A stretch of DNA of 64,000 bases from an uncultured Candidatus Rokubacteria bacterium (GCA_963762145.1 CAVXJS010000021.1:64001-128000); one strand, 5' to 3'; shown: positions 33,111 to 45,297, counted from the stretch's first letter. Notes: generated by a model from the sequence alone, not told the origin. A program made the numbers and translations.

Positions 33111-34489
33111 CCACCCGCTATTTCTCTCTCTGGGCCACGGCGCTCTACGCCGTGCTCACCGTCCTCTTGGTCAGCTTCTTCTACTGGAGCTGGGGCTCGC
33201 CGCTCAACAACCTGGAACGACCCGAGGAGTCCCTCGAGCGCCTCGTCTCTCGCGAGATGGACCTGCACGACGTGATGGACGGATTACCCCGATGGGAGAA
33301 GCGGCTCTACGAGATCACCGGCTCGGAGCCGGAGACGTTCGAGGACGCCATCGCGCGCTTCGACGAGCTCGACGAGGAGCAGCGCACCGCGCGCACCGAT
33401 CTCGATCTCGTGGTGCTGCTGGCGGAGAACGGCCAGCTCGAGCGCGCCGCCTCCATCATCGAGGCCCTGGAGGGGACCGATACCGCGGCCGCGCAGTACG
33501 GGCGCTGGCTCGACGCCGCCTATCTCGACGCGCCGTCGCCGCAGGACGCCACTCTGATGGCGGAGGAGATCCGCCGCGAGCTGCCGCGCGACTGGTTCAC
33601 CGACACGCTCACGCGGCGCCTCGCCACGCGGGTGGACGACCCGGCGCTCCAGACCGAGGCGGAGGCGAGCATCGAGGCCCGCGGCCACGAGCTGCTCCTG
33701 CGCATACGGGGACTCACCGGCACGGGCGTGGGCCTGTTCCTGCTGGCCCTGGTGCTCCTGTGGCGCTTGCCCCACTCCCCGCGCGGCGCGACAGTGGCGG
33801 ACGCGCCGCTGCCGCCGATCTGGAGCGGGGCCGACGGGCTCGGGCTCTTCTTCCGCGCCGCCTTCGCCTACCTCCTGATGCCAGCCGCCCTGGTCCTGCT
33901 GCTCCCGCGCACGCCCGGCACCACGCTGGCAATGGGGCTTCTGGGCGGCGTGCCCATGGTCTGGTGGATCCGTCGCTACCTGCACGGCCGCGGCACGACG
34001 GTGCGCGAGACCTTCGGCCTGCGCGTGCACGGGCAGGCCATCCGCGTCATCGGCTGGGGCGTCGTGCTCCTCGGCATCTCGATGGCGGGCGAAAGCCTGC
34101 TCTCCATCGGCCTCACCGCGCTCGGCGTCTCGTCGCACTGGGCCGACGGCTTCCTCGAGGACTTCCTGTGGGGCTCGCCCACCACCGTGATGGCGGGGAC
34201 GATCGACGGCGTGATCTGGGCGCCCCTCTTCGAGGAACTGGCCTTCCGCGGTCTGCTCTACCCCACCCTGCGCCTCCGCCTGCCGCCCTGGCCCGCCGCC
34301 CTGCTGAGCGCGGCGCTCTTCGGCGTGGCGCACGGCTACGGGCTGCAGGGCTTCGTGGCGGTCACCTGGAGCGGGATGATCTGGGCACTGGGCTACGAGC
34401 GCACGCGCAGCCTGCTGCCCGGCATCCTGGCCCACGCGGCCAGCAACCTGCTGGCCACGACGAGCTTCCTGCTGCTGCTCCGGTTCTAG
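33107..34489 (+). CDS. CPBP (CAAX/Abi) intramembrane metalloprotease with large N-terminal soluble domain
   Basis: APLFEELAFRG, FGVAH, HAASN; start probably CTG overlapping the upstream TGA. Confidence 0.85.
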   Translation: MTTRYFSLWATALYAVLTVLLVSFFYWSWGSPLNNLERPEESLERLVSREMDLHDVMDGLPRWEKRLYEITGSEPETFEDAIARFDELDEEQRTARTDLDLVVLLAENGQLERAASIIEALEGTDTAAAQYGRWLDAAYLDAPSPQDATLMAEEIRRELPRDWFTDTLTRRLATRVDDPALQTEAEASIEARGHELLLRIRGLTGTGVGLFLLALVLLWRLPHSPRGATVADAPLPPIWSGADGLGLFFRAAFAYLLMPAALVLLLPRTPGTTLAMGLLGGVPMVWWIRRYLHGRGTTVRETFGLRVHGQAIRVIGWGVVLLGISMAGESLLSIGLTALGVSSHWADGFLEDFLWGSPTTVMAGTIDGVIWAPLFEELAFRGLLYPTLRLRLPPWPAALLSAALFGVAHGYGLQGFVAVTWSGMIWALGYERTRSLLPGILAHAASNLLATTSFLLLLRF

Positions 34490-36069
34490 CCCGCCGCACC
34501 CGCGACGACTTCGCCGCCCACCATCGTCAGCGTCGGCGTGATGCGCGCGATGGCCGCCGGATCGCAGGCGAAGACGTCGTCGGAGAGCGCGATCAGGTCG
34601 GCGCGCCGGCCGACCTCGAGGGAGCCCTGGTCGGCCGCGAGCCCGACGGAGCGCGCGTTCCAGATCGTGAAGGAGCGCACCGCCTCCTCCCGCGTCATGC
34701 GCTGCTCGGGCTGCCAGCCCGGATCGGCGCCCTCGAGCGGCCGGCGCGTCACCGCGGCGTGGAGGCCGTGAAACGGGTTGGCGTCCTCCACCGGGAAGTC
34801 GGAGCCGCCCGCGATGTACGCGCCGCTGTCGAGCACCGAGCGCCAGGCGTAGGCGCCGGCGAGGCGCTCGGGGCCGAGCCGCTCGCCGGCCCAGCGCAAG
34901 TCGGAGGTGCAATGCGTGGGCTGCATGCTCGGCACCACGCCGAGACGCGCGAAGCGCGGGATGTCGGCGGGGGTGAGGATCTGGGCGTGCTCCACCCGCA
35001 ACCGTGATTGCGGGCCGCCCACGGCCCGCCCGGTCCGCACGCGCTCGAACACGTCGAGCACCATGGTGTTGGCCCGATCGCCGATGGCGTGGACCCAGAC
35101 GTGGAAGCCGCGGGCGCTCACCTCGCGGGTGAGCCGCTCCACGTCCTCGGGCGGCACCAGGACCAGGCCGGTGTTCGCGGGATCGTCGCAGTACGGCGAG
35201 TGCAGCGCGGCTCCGCGTGAGCCGAGCGCGCCGTCGAGCCAGAGCTTGACCGCGCCCACCACCAGCCGCCCGTCGCCCACCGTCTCGGGCGCGCCGTCGC
35301 GGTAGCGGCCCCACGCCTTCTTGCCGGACAGCGCCGCGAAGACGCGGAACGGGAACTGGCCTCGCTCGATCAGCCGCGTGTACGAGGCGATCGCCGACAG
35401 GTCGAGCCCCGGCTCGTGCGCGCCGGTGAGCCCCTTGGCCAGGCACTCCGCGATGGTGTCGCGCACCGCCTGGTCGAAGCGCGCCTCCGACGGCGCCGGG
35501 ACGAGCCCGCGGATGATGTCCTGGGCCAGGTCGACCAGGATGCCGGTGGGCTCGCCGTCGCCGTCCTTCACGATCAGGCCGCCCGGCGGGTCCGCGGAGC
35601 GGCGCGTGATGCCGGCGCGGGCGAGCGCGTCGCCGCTGGCCCAGGTCGCGTGGCCGTCCACGCGGACGAGCGCGACCGGGTGCCCGGGCGCCGCGCGATC
35701 GAGCGAGGCGCGCGACGGGAACCGCTGCCCGGGCCAGCGCGTCTGGTCCCACCCGCGCCCGGTGATCCACTCCCCCGGTCCGAGCCGCGCGGCGGCCGCC
35801 GCGACCATCCGGGCGATCTCGTCCTCCGAGCCGGCGGCGCCCAGGTTCAGCTCGAGTCGCGCGCGGGCGAGCAGCATCAGGTGCCCGTGGCCGTCCACGA
35901 GCCCGGGCAGCACCGGGCGCCCGCCCAGGTCGAGCGCGGGCTCGCGCGCGGCCGGGTTGATGTCGCCCCGCCGGCCCGCGAAGGCCACGCGGCCCTCGCG
36001 GATCACGAGGGAATCCACGACGGAGCCGGCGGCGTCCATCGTGTGAATCCGGCCGTTGGTCAGCAGCAC
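34486..36069 (-). CDS. Amidohydrolase 3 family (YtcJ-like)
   Basis: PGLVDGHGH, DGALGSRGA, HAIGDRA, RVEHAQ, GSDFPV. Confidence 0.95.
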   Translation of the reverse strand: MLLTNGRIHTMDAAGSVVDSLVIREGRVAFAGRRGDINPAAREPALDLGGRPVLPGLVDGHGHLMLLARARLELNLGAAGSEDEIARMVAAAAARLGPGEWITGRGWDQTRWPGQRFPSRASLDRAAPGHPVALVRVDGHATWASGDALARAGITRRSADPPGGLIVKDGDGEPTGILVDLAQDIIRGLVPAPSEARFDQAVRDTIAECLAKGLTGAHEPGLDLSAIASYTRLIERGQFPFRVFAALSGKKAWGRYRDGAPETVGDGRLVVGAVKLWLDGALGSRGAALHSPYCDDPANTGLVLVPPEDVERLTREVSARGFHVWVHAIGDRANTMVLDVFERVRTGRAVGGPQSRLRVEHAQILTPADIPRFARLGVVPSMQPTHCTSDLRWAGERLGPERLAGAYAWRSVLDSGAYIAGGSDFPVEDANPFHGLHAAVTRRPLEGADPGWQPEQRMTREEAVRSFTIWNARSVGLAADQGSLEVGRRADLIALSDDVFACDPAAIARITPTLTMVGGEVVAGAAG

Positions 36070-36090
36070 GGGGTCGGCGCGCCGCGCGGG

Positions 36091-36942
36091 CTAGAGGAGC
36101 GTCCAGCGGGAAGGGCCGCCGGCCTCCGGCTCCTCGCTCACCCGCGCCTCGCTCTTGAGCTTGCGCAGGTGGGAGTGCACGGACATGCCGGCCATGCGGT
36201 GCAGCGCGGTGATCACGTCGGCGTAGATCACCTTGACGATCTCGGGCACGGTGCGGGGGCCATCGCCGAGCACTTCCAGGATTTGGCGCTCGCGCAGCAT
36301 CCGGTGATCGATGAATTCCTGGATCTTGCCGGGACCGTCCTCGATCACGGGGCCGTGCGCCGGATAGATGTGCCGCACGCCCAGCGCCTGCACGCGGCGG
36401 AGCGAGGCGAGATACAGCCCGAGGTCGCCGTCCTCGTCCGGGATCACGGTGGTGGAGCCGTTGAGGATCAGGTCGCCGCTGAAGAGCGCCTTCTCTTCCT
36501 TCAGGAAGAAGCAGAGGTGGTCGGAGGCGTGACCGGGGGTGTAGACGGGCACCAGGGTGACGCCGTCGCCCTCCACGACCTCGCCGTCCCGCAGCGTGTC
36601 CACGTCCTCCGGCAGCCCGGAATCCCTGAAGATCATCTTCGAGACCGGCACGCCCGGGAACAGCTCCCGGAGCTGGCCGACGCCGCCCAGGTGGTCGCGA
36701 TGGCGGTGCGTCAGGATGATGCGCTCCGGCCGTCGCCAGCCGCGCTCGCGCAGGTAGCGCTCGAAGAGGGCGGGATACTCGGACTCGCCGGCTCCGGTGT
36801 CGATCAGGATCGGGTAGGCGCGGCCGACCAGGTAGGTGTTGGTGCCGGGCCCGGTCATCATGCCGGGATTGAGCCCGAGCACGCGGCCGACCAGGTCGGT
36901 GGGCGTCGCACTGTGCGGGAAGCTCGGATCGATCCAGCTCAT
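36091..36942 (-). CDS. MBL-fold metallo-hydrolase (LACTB2-like) with C-terminal winged helix
   Basis: NPGMMTGPGTNTY, THRHRDH, TPGHASDH, PAHGP. Confidence 0.92.
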   Translation of the reverse strand: MSWIDPSFPHSATPTDLVGRVLGLNPGMMTGPGTNTYLVGRAYPILIDTGAGESEYPALFERYLRERGWRRPERIILTHRHRDHLGGVGQLRELFPGVPVSKMIFRDSGLPEDVDTLRDGEVVEGDGVTLVPVYTPGHASDHLCFFLKEEKALFSGDLILNGSTTVIPDEDGDLGLYLASLRRVQALGVRHIYPAHGPVIEDGPGKIQEFIDHRMLRERQILEVLGDGPRTVPEIVKVIYADVITALHRMAGMSVHSHLRKLKSEARVSEEPEAGGPSRWTLL

Positions 36943-37042
36943 GGAGGCGAGTGTAGCAAAGTCGCGAAGCTTGCGACCCGCGGGAGGCTGGGATATAAGC
37001 GACCCAGACGCCGCCCACCCCCAACGCCGCTGGAGGCTCGTC

Positions 37043-38039
37043 ATGGTCCTACGCGCAGTGCTCGCCCTGCTCACCGTCCTCGGGCTCGTCACGCCCGCGC
37101 CCGCCCAGGTGGTCACGCTGAAGCTCGCCACCATCGTCGGCAACGACAACCCCTTCACCACCGCCGCCTACAAGTTCAAGGAGATCGCCGAGGCCAAGAG
37201 CGGGGGCAAGCTCAAGGTGGAGGTCTATCCGGCCGGGCAGCTCACCAAGAACGAGATCGTGGCCATCGAGGGCATGCAGCTCGGCACCGTGGACATCGCC
37301 GCGGTCTCGCTGCCGTCCGCGGGCGGCAAGTTCGATCCCAAGCTCCTCGCGCCCGACGTGCCGTTCCTCTACCAGAACCGCGAGCACGTGTGGCGGGTGA
37401 TGGACGGTCCGGTGGGCAAGGAGCTGATGAAGCACTTCGAGCCGCTCGGGGCCAAGGCCTTCTGCTACGGCGGCGGCTTCGGCTTCCGGGGCGTGCTCTC
37501 CAACAAGAAGGCGGTGTTCGTGCCCGACGATCTCAAGGGCCAGACGATCCGCGTCCCGCCCATCCCGACCCTGGTCGAGGTGTTCAAGCAGTTCGGGGCC
37601 AACCCGGTGCCGATGATCTGGGGCGAGGTGTACATGGCGGTGCGCCAGGGCACGGTGGACGGGCTCGAGCTGCCGGTGACCACCGCGGTCTCCGACAAGT
37701 TCCACGAGATCACCAAGTACTACTCGAAGACCCAGCACTCCTACCCCGCCGCCGCTGTGGCTCATGGCCAAGGCGAAGTACGAGGGGCTGCCCGCCGATC
37801 TCAAGAAGGTGATCGACGAGACGATGATCGCCTCGTGCGCGCAGCACCGGCAGGACGAGCTGAAGGCGGAGGTGGAGGGCGTCACGGCCATGAAGGCCAA
37901 GGGCATGCAGGTGAACGAGGTGAAGGACCTCCGCCAGTTCCAGGAGCGCGCCCAGCCGGTCTGGAAGTTCCTCGAGCAGAAAGCGGGCAAGGAGCTGGTG
38001 GATCGGGTGATCGCGGAGGCGCGGGCCACCGCGAAGTAG
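37043..38039 (+). CDS. dctP: TRAP transporter substrate-binding protein, frameshift near 37750
   Basis: Signal peptide, VEVYPAGQL, DLKGQTIRV, GANPVPM.WGEVY, GTVDG; continues in ORF 37764..38039. Confidence 0.88.
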
Positions 38040-38040
38040 C

Positions 38041-38478
38041 GTGCTCGTCGACTGGGTCTGCCTGGGACTGATGCTGGTCCTGGTGGCGGACGTCTTCCTC
38101 GGCGTGTGGAGCCGTTACGTGCTGCAGGCGACCTTCCAGTGGTACGACGAGGTCGCGCGGCTCTGCTTCGTCTGGATGGTGTTCCTGGGCGCCGCGTCCG
38201 CGGTGCGGCGCGGCGCCCACTTCCGCCTCCACCTGCTGATCGACCGCCTCGGCCCCCGCCTGCGCCGCGTGAATGATCTCGTGGTCGGCCTGCTCGTGGT
38301 GGTCTTCGGCGGCGTGCTGGTGGCGGGCGGCGTCGCGATGTGGCCGGTGGCGCGCGGGCAGGTGTCCGACTCGCTCGAGCTGTCCATGGTGTGGTTCTAC
38401 GGCGCGCTGCCCGTCGGGGGCGCGCTCATGATCCTGTTCTCGATCCCGCACCTTTGGCGCCTGGCCCGCGGCCGTTGA
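38041..38478 (+). CDS. dctQ: TRAP transporter small permease
   Basis: SRYV, WYDEVARLCFVWMVFLGA, GAH. Confidence 0.9.
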   Translation: MLVDWVCLGLMLVLVADVFLGVWSRYVLQATFQWYDEVARLCFVWMVFLGAASAVRRGAHFRLHLLIDRLGPRLRRVNDLVVGLLVVVFGGVLVAGGVAMWPVARGQVSDSLELSMVWFYGALPVGGALMILFSIPHLWRLARGR

Positions 38479-39750
38479 TCCTCGTCTGCCTCGTCTTCCT
38501 GGTGCTGCTCGCGATCGGCGTGCCGGTCGCGGTGACGGTGGGCCTGGCCGGCTACGTCGGCGCCGTCCTCGCCGCGCCGGTCCCGCTCGCGGTGACGGTG
38601 CAGACCATCCTGCACCAGGTGGACTCCTTCGTCCTGCTCTCGCTGCCGCTCTTCATCCTGGCCGGCGCGCTCATGGAGACGGGCGGCATCGCGCACCGCC
38701 TCGTGCGGCTCGCGGTGGCGCTGGTCGGCTGGGTGCGGGGCGGCCTCGGGATGGCGGTGGTGGCGGCCGAGTACATCTTCTCGGGGATCTCGGGCTCGAC
38801 GGTGGCCGACGTCTCCGCGGTGGCGTCCACCACCATCCCGGGCATGGTGCGCGCGGGCTACAGCCGGGAGCTCGCGGTCGCGGTGGTGTCGGCCGCCTCC
38901 GCGATGGGCATCCTGGTGCCCCCCTGCATCCTCATGATCGTGATCGGCTCGGTGGCGAGCCTCTCGGTGGCCGCACTCTTCACCGCCGGGTTCCTGCCCG
39001 CGGTGGTCATGGCGCTGGTGCTGATGGCCTACATCTGGCGCACCGCGGGCCGCATGGGCATCTCGGCCGAGCCCGGCCCACCTGGGCGAGCTGGGCGTGG
39101 CATTCCGCCAGGCGCTCATCCCGCTCGGCATGCCCGCGATCATCTTCGGCGGCATCCTGGGCGGCATCATGACGCCCACCGAGGCCTCGGTGCTGGCCGT
39201 GCTCTACGCCGCGGTGGTCGGCCTCTTCGTCTATCGCGAGATCGAGTGGAAGGCCCTGCCCGGCATCATCATGAACGCGACGATGATCACGGGAGCGGTG
39301 GGCCTGCTCCTGGGCACCGCGGGGGTCGTCTCCTGGTTTCTCACCGTCCAGCAGATGCCCGCCGCGATGATCCGGATCATGACCGTGGTGCCGGGCAGCA
39401 GCCTGGTCTTCCTCTTCATCACCGCGGCGATCTTCATCTTCTTCGGCGCGGTGATCGAAGGGCTCCCCGCGGTGGTGATCCTGCTGCCGAGCCTGCTGCC
39501 GGTGGCGGCGGGGCTCGGCATCGACCCGATCCACTACGCCATCGTCATCGTGGCGGCGGTGGGCATCGGGCTCTTCCTGCCGCCGATCGGGGTGGGCCTC
39601 TTCATCGCCTGCGGGATCGCGGAGGTCTCGGTGGACCGGGCCACGCGCGCGATGCTGCCGTTCGTGGCGGTGCTGCTGATCGGGCTCGTCATCATCATCC
39701 TGGTCCCGCCGATCACCCTGATCCTCCCCCGCCTCTTCAAGCTGCTCTGA
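38475..39750 (+). CDS. dctM: TRAP transporter large permease, frameshift near 39075
   Basis: LPLFILAG, FSGISGS, GILVPP, TPTEAS, GIDPIH, PPIG. Confidence 0.9.
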
Positions 39751-39751
39751 A

Positions 39752-39804
39752 CCCTCTCCCCCTCCGGGGAGAGGGTAGGGTGAGGGGTCTGGTGGTGAGG
39801 GGCC
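39752..39804. repeat. boxC/REP-like intergenic repeat, copy 3, with an extra partial arm
   Basis: ccctctccccctccggggagagggtagggtgagggg followed by tctggtggtgaggggccc; lies between convergent operons. Confidence 0.85.
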
Positions 39805-39806
39805 CG

Positions 39807-40496
<690 letters not shown>

Positions 40497-40499
40497 GGC

Positions 40500-41247
40500 T
40501 CAGGCGCTCCCCAGGTAGACTTCGTAGACGCGCGGGTCGGCCTTCACCTGGGCGAAGGTGCCTTCGGTGAGCACCTCCCCGTAGTGCAGCACCGTGACGC
40601 GGTCGGCGAGCGAGCCCACCACGTCCATGTCGTGCTCGATGATCAGCAGCGTGACGTCTCGCGGGAGCGCCTCGAGCATGCGCGTCATGCGCAGGGTCTC
40701 CTCGGGCGACATGCCGGCGGTGGGCTCGTCCAGGAGCAGGAGCCGCGGCGCGGTGGCGAGCGCCACCCCGACCTCGAGCTGACGCTGCTCGCCGTAGGAG
40801 AGGCGGCCGGCCGGCTCGCGCAGCCGATCGGACAGGCCCACCACGTCGGCCACCTCGCGCGCGCGGTCGAGCGGCCCGCGGCGACGGGTGACGCTGCCGA
40901 GCAGATCCCAGCGTGCCGGGGGCGCCCACCGCGGCGGCCAGCCGCAGGTTCTCCTCGACCGCGAGCTTCGGAAAGAGGTTGTTGCGCTGGAACGAGCGCG
41001 AGATGCCGCGGCGGGCCACCGCGTGGGGCGCGAGCCCGCCGAGCGGCGCGCCGTCGAGGAGGATGCGACCCGACGTGGGGGCGAGCTGGCCGGTGATGAC
41101 GTTGAAGAGCGTGGTCTTGCCCGCCCCGTTGGGTCCGATGATGGCGCGGCGCTCGCGCGGAGCGATCTCGAGCGACACGCGGCTGAGCGCGCTCAGCGCG
41201 CCGAAGGCGCGGCTCAGCGCGTCGGTGGCCAGGAGCGGCGCGGTCAC
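40500..41247 (-). CDS. livG: Branched-chain-type ABC transporter ATPase (LivG-like), frameshift near 40900
   Basis: GPNGAGKT in one frame; LSYGEQRQLE, LDEPTAG, IEHDM in another. Confidence 0.88.
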
Positions 41248-42168
41248 GCGCGCAGCCCCACGCGGCCGCGCAGCGCGCCCACGATGCCGCCCGGGGCGAA
41301 GAGCACGAAGAGGATGAAGGTCACGCCCAGGATCAGCATCCACCGCTCGGTGTAGGTGCTGACCAGGCTCTGCAGCAGGATGAAGGCGGCCGCGCCCAGG
41401 ACCGGGCCGCCGAGGGTGCCGGTGCCGCCGATGATCACCATCAGCAGGGCCTCCCCGGAGGTCTTCCAGAAGAAGGCGTCCGGCCCGATCGAGCCGTTGA
41501 ACTGCACGTAGAGCGAGCCGGCGAGGCCCGCGAAGGCGCCGGCGATGACGAAGGCCAGCAGCTTGTAGCGGTCCACCGCGTACCCGACCGCCTCCATGCG
41601 CGCTTCGTTCTCGTGGATGCCGCGGAGCACGTGGCCGAAGGGCGAGCGGACGATGCGCCAGAGCACCAGCGCGCAGAGCGTGACCACGCACGAGCAGGTA
41701 GCCGTGGAAGCCGCGCAGGCTCGAGACGTTCGCGCCCGGCACCACCGGGCGCGGGATCCCGACCAGCCCGTCCTCGGCCCCGAGCCAGGACACCTGGAAG
41801 GCGTAGGCGTAGAACATCTGCGAGAAGGCGAGCGTGAGCATGATGAAGTACACGCCGCTCACCCGGATCGAGAAGAAGCCGATGACCAGGGCGGCGAGGC
41901 CCGCCGCGAGTGCGGGCAGCACCAGGGCCGAGATCAGGCCCGGGCTCTTGACGAGCGCGAGCGCGGCCACGTAGCCGCCGATGCCGAAGAAGGCGGCGTG
42001 GCCGAAGGACACCATGCCCGCGTAGCCCATCAGCAGGTCGAGGCTCATCGCAAAGAGGCCCCAGATCAGGATCTCCTGGAGGAGCTTCACCGGGTAGTTG
42101 CCGGCGCCGAGCGGAAAGAGCGCGAGCGCCACCACGACCAGCGCGAGCCCGACGAGGCGCAGCGTCAC
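41244..42168 (-). CDS. livM: Branched-chain-type ABC permease (LivM-like), frameshift near 41690
   Basis: GYAGMVSFGHAAFFGIG, GVYFIMLTLAF, SPFG..LRGIHENE. Confidence 0.88.
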
Positions 42169-43032
42169 TTGAGCGGGCGGCCGAAGAGCCCCTGGGGCCG
42201 GAGGAGCATCACGGCGGCCATCACCACGTAGATGATCAGCATCGAGGAGTCGGGCAGCCACGCCTTCCCGAAGGTCTCGGCCTGGCCGATGACGAGGCTC
42301 CCGACCAGCGAGCCCTTGAGGCTGCCGAGGCCGCCCACCACCACCACGATCAGCGCGGGGATCAGGATCGTCACGCCCATCGACGGATACGCGGACTGGA
42401 TCGGCCCCGCGATCACGCCCGAGAGCCCGCCCAGTGCGGCCCCGAAGGCGAAGACGACCGTGAAGACACGTCTGATGTTGATGCCGAGCCCGCCCGTCAT
42501 CTCGGCGTCGAACACGCCCGCGCGGATGATCGCGCCCAGACGGGTGCGCTCGATCAGGAGCCAGAGCAGCACCGCCATCACGAGGCCGAACACGATGACG
42601 AAGAGCCGGTAGGACGGGATGATCGCGCCCAACACCGAGACCGAGCCCGAGAACAGATCGGGCGGCGCGATCGAGCGGATCCGGCCGCCCCAGATCCACT
42701 TCACCAGGTCCTCGAAGAGGTAGATGAACCCGAAGGTGAGGAGAACCTGGTCGAGCGGCGGCCGCCGGTAGAGCGGGCGGAGGCAGCTCGCCTCCACCAG
42801 CGCCCCGATGAGGCCCACCACGAGCGGGGCCAGCAGCAGGGCGAGCCAGAAATTGCCGGTGCCCGCGATGAGGGACAGCCCCGCGTAGGCGCCCAGCATG
42901 TAGAACGAGCCGTGGGCGAGGTTGACCACGTCGAGCATGCCGAAGATCAGCGTGAGCCCGACGGACAGCAGGAAGAGCAGCACCCCGTAGGCCAGCCCGT
43001 TGAGCGCCTGCGAAGAACGAGAACGCCGGCAT
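42165..43032 (-). CDS. livH: Branched-chain-type ABC permease (LivH-like), frameshift near the start
   Basis: GLTLIFGMLDVVNLAHG, TRLGAIIRA, VVVGGLGS, RPQGLFG. Confidence 0.9.
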
Positions 43033-43057
43033 GCCGGGGGCTGGCGCGTCCCCTCGA

Positions 43058-44274
43058 TCAGGCCGGGAGCGTGCAGCCGGTGCCGGGATCGGTCACGTTG
43101 GCGACCTTGTCGATCAGCACGTTGTTGAGCCCGCCCGGCGACCTCCTTGACCTCGCGGACGTAGATGAACGGCTGGATCACGTTGTGGCGTCTTGGGGTC
43201 GAAGCGGAAGCGGCCGCGCGGGCTGTCGAACTCACCTTCTCGATGACGTCCACCAGCTTGGCCTTGTCCTGGGTGTTGCCGTTGACCGCCTTGAGCGCGC
43301 GCACGATCACCTCCGCGGTGTCGTAGCCCTGGCACGCGAACCCGTCCGGCATCTTGCCGCGCGTACTTCTCGCGGAACTCCTTCACGAAGCGCTGGTTGG
43401 TCGGGTTGTCGAGCAGCGGCGTATAGAAGTGTCCGGTGATCACGCCGAGGGCCGACTTGCCCTGGGCGGGCAGCACGTCGGGCTCGGTGAGGAAGCCCGC
43501 GCCGGTGAGCTTGATGTACTGCTTGAGCCCGAACTGGTCGAACTGCTTCACGAAGTTCACCGCGTCCGTGCCCGAGAAGAAGGCGAACACCGCCTTGGCC
43601 CCGGACTGCCGGATCTTGGTCAGGTACGGCGCGTAGTCCGTCTCGCCGAGCTTCGGGTAGTCCTCGGCCACGATCTTGCCGCCCGCGGGGACGAACGTCT
43701 CCTTGAAGGCGTTCATCATGTCCTTGCCGGCCTGGTAGTTGGGCGCGGTCAGGAACACGTCCTTGGACACGTTCTTGGCGACCCAGCCGCCCATGGGCTG
43801 GCACGGCTGCCAGTTCGAGAACGAGGTGCGGAAGATCCACTTCGAGCAGCGCTCGCGGCTGATCGCGTCGGCGCCCGCGTTGGAGACGATCAGGATGGTC
43901 TTGCTGTTGTGGACCTTGTCGCGCATGCCCATCAGGATGCCGCTGTGCACCGGCCCGGTGAGGATGTCCACCTTGTCGGAATCGATGAGCTTCTCGGTCT
44001 TGCGGACGCCCACCGGCGGCTGCATCTCGTCGTCTTCCTTGATCATCTCGATCTTGCGCCCGGCCACCGTCCAGTTCTCCCGCGCGAAGACCAGCTCCAT
44101 CCCCTGGGTGATGCTCTCGCCGAGCACCGCGTAGACGCCCGAGTACGGCAGCACGACGCCGATCTTGATCGGGCCCGATTGCGCACCCGCGCGCAGCACC
44201 CACGGCCCCATCGCCGTGCCGGCCGCCGCGAGCGTCGCGCCGCCGAGGAACTTCCGCCGTGTGACCTTGTCCAT
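43058..44274 (-). CDS. Liv-type ABC substrate-binding protein (aromatic-acid-binding-like, Tat signal), frameshifts near the 3' end
   Basis: TRRKFL Tat motif, IKIGVVLPYSG, GPVHSG, IFRTSF, DSPRG; AAGGAGG SD. Confidence 0.88.
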
Positions 44275-44309
44275 TCCTGTCCCCTCCTTGGGAGAATGCG
44301 AGCGGTCGA

Positions 44310-45146
44310 TTATAGACCGGTTAGGGAGATCACGTAGTTGCCGCTGCCCGAGGAAGGGCCGTAGGCATGGACGGCGGGCACGAAGCGCTGGCCCGACTCC
44401 ATGAGCGCTCCCAGCAGCATGGCCAGGTGGCGACCGCCCATCTCGGCCTCGGCGGTGCGGGTGAACTCGGGGAGCCAGGCCCAGAGCTTCTCGAGCTCGC
44501 CGTCGGCCAGGAGCCGGGCGAACCGGTGGTCGAGCTCCTGGTCCGCCGGCAGGGGCGCCTTCTCCGGCCCCCGCACCAGCTTGTGCGACACGCTGCCGCT
44601 GGCCACGAAGCCCACCCGCTTGCCGCTCTCGCCGGCCACCCGGGCCACGTGGCGGCCCCAGGCGTGCGCCTCGTTCAGATCGGCGGAGAGGCAGACCGAC
44701 ACCGGCACGATCGGGGTGCGCTGGGCTCGATCGAGATAGCAGACCATCGGCATCAGGGTGCCGTAGTCGAGCGGATAGTGGACGTCGTTGGCCAGCACGC
44801 ACTGAAGCCCCGCCGCCTTGCCGCGGGCGATGAGGCGCGCGGCGAGGTCGTAGTCGCCCGGATAGTCGTAGGCCACGCCGTGGATGATCTCGGGCGCCTC
44901 CTGCGCGGTGAGCACGCCTCGATGCCGCGGGGTGCCGTCCACCACGGTGGGAAACGTGGTGATCAGGTGGCACGAGTTGATCACGGTCACGTCGAGCCTC
45001 GCCTGCGCCACGATCTCGCCCTGCGCGACCAGGCCGTCGCGGACCGGACGGAAGACTTCCGACGCGAGCTTGCCCTCGATGGCGGCCTCGAGCGTGCAGT
45101 AGCGCGGGGTGTGGACGGTGAGAAAGGCTCCGGCTAGTGGGCTCAT
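44310..45146 (-). CDS. Extradiol ring-cleavage dioxygenase, LigB/HpaD (class III) family
   Basis: VHTP, SCH, YPGDYDLA, LDYGT, ASGSVSH motifs like homoprotocatechuate 2,3-dioxygenase. Confidence 0.8.
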   Translation of the reverse strand: MSPLAGAFLTVHTPRYCTLEAAIEGKLASEVFRPVRDGLVAQGEIVAQARLDVTVINSCHLITTFPTVVDGTPRHRGVLTAQEAPEIIHGVAYDYPGDYDLAARLIARGKAAGLQCVLANDVHYPLDYGTLMPMVCYLDRAQRTPIVPVSVCLSADLNEAHAWGRHVARVAGESGKRVGFVASGSVSHKLVRGPEKAPLPADQELDHRFARLLADGELEKLWAWLPEFTRTAEAEMGGRHLAMLLGALMESGQRFVPAVHAYGPSSGSGNYVISLTGL

Positions 45147-45226
45147 GGGCGGGGCCTCCGCGGACATCCGTCTAGCTTGTCTAGTTCTTCCGGCGGACAA
45201 CCGTCTAGTTCTTCAAGCTCTTCGTA

Positions 45227-45261
45227 TGCGGGGGCCCAGAAATGGCCCCCGCACTCCCCCA
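45227..45261. repeat. Perfect 10-bp inverted repeat with a CTCCCCC flank
   Basis: tgcgggggcc-cagaaat-ggcccccgca-ctccccca. Confidence 0.7.
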
Positions 45262-45297
45262 GTCCGCGGACACTCGTCTCGAGCACGATTTTGGGGT

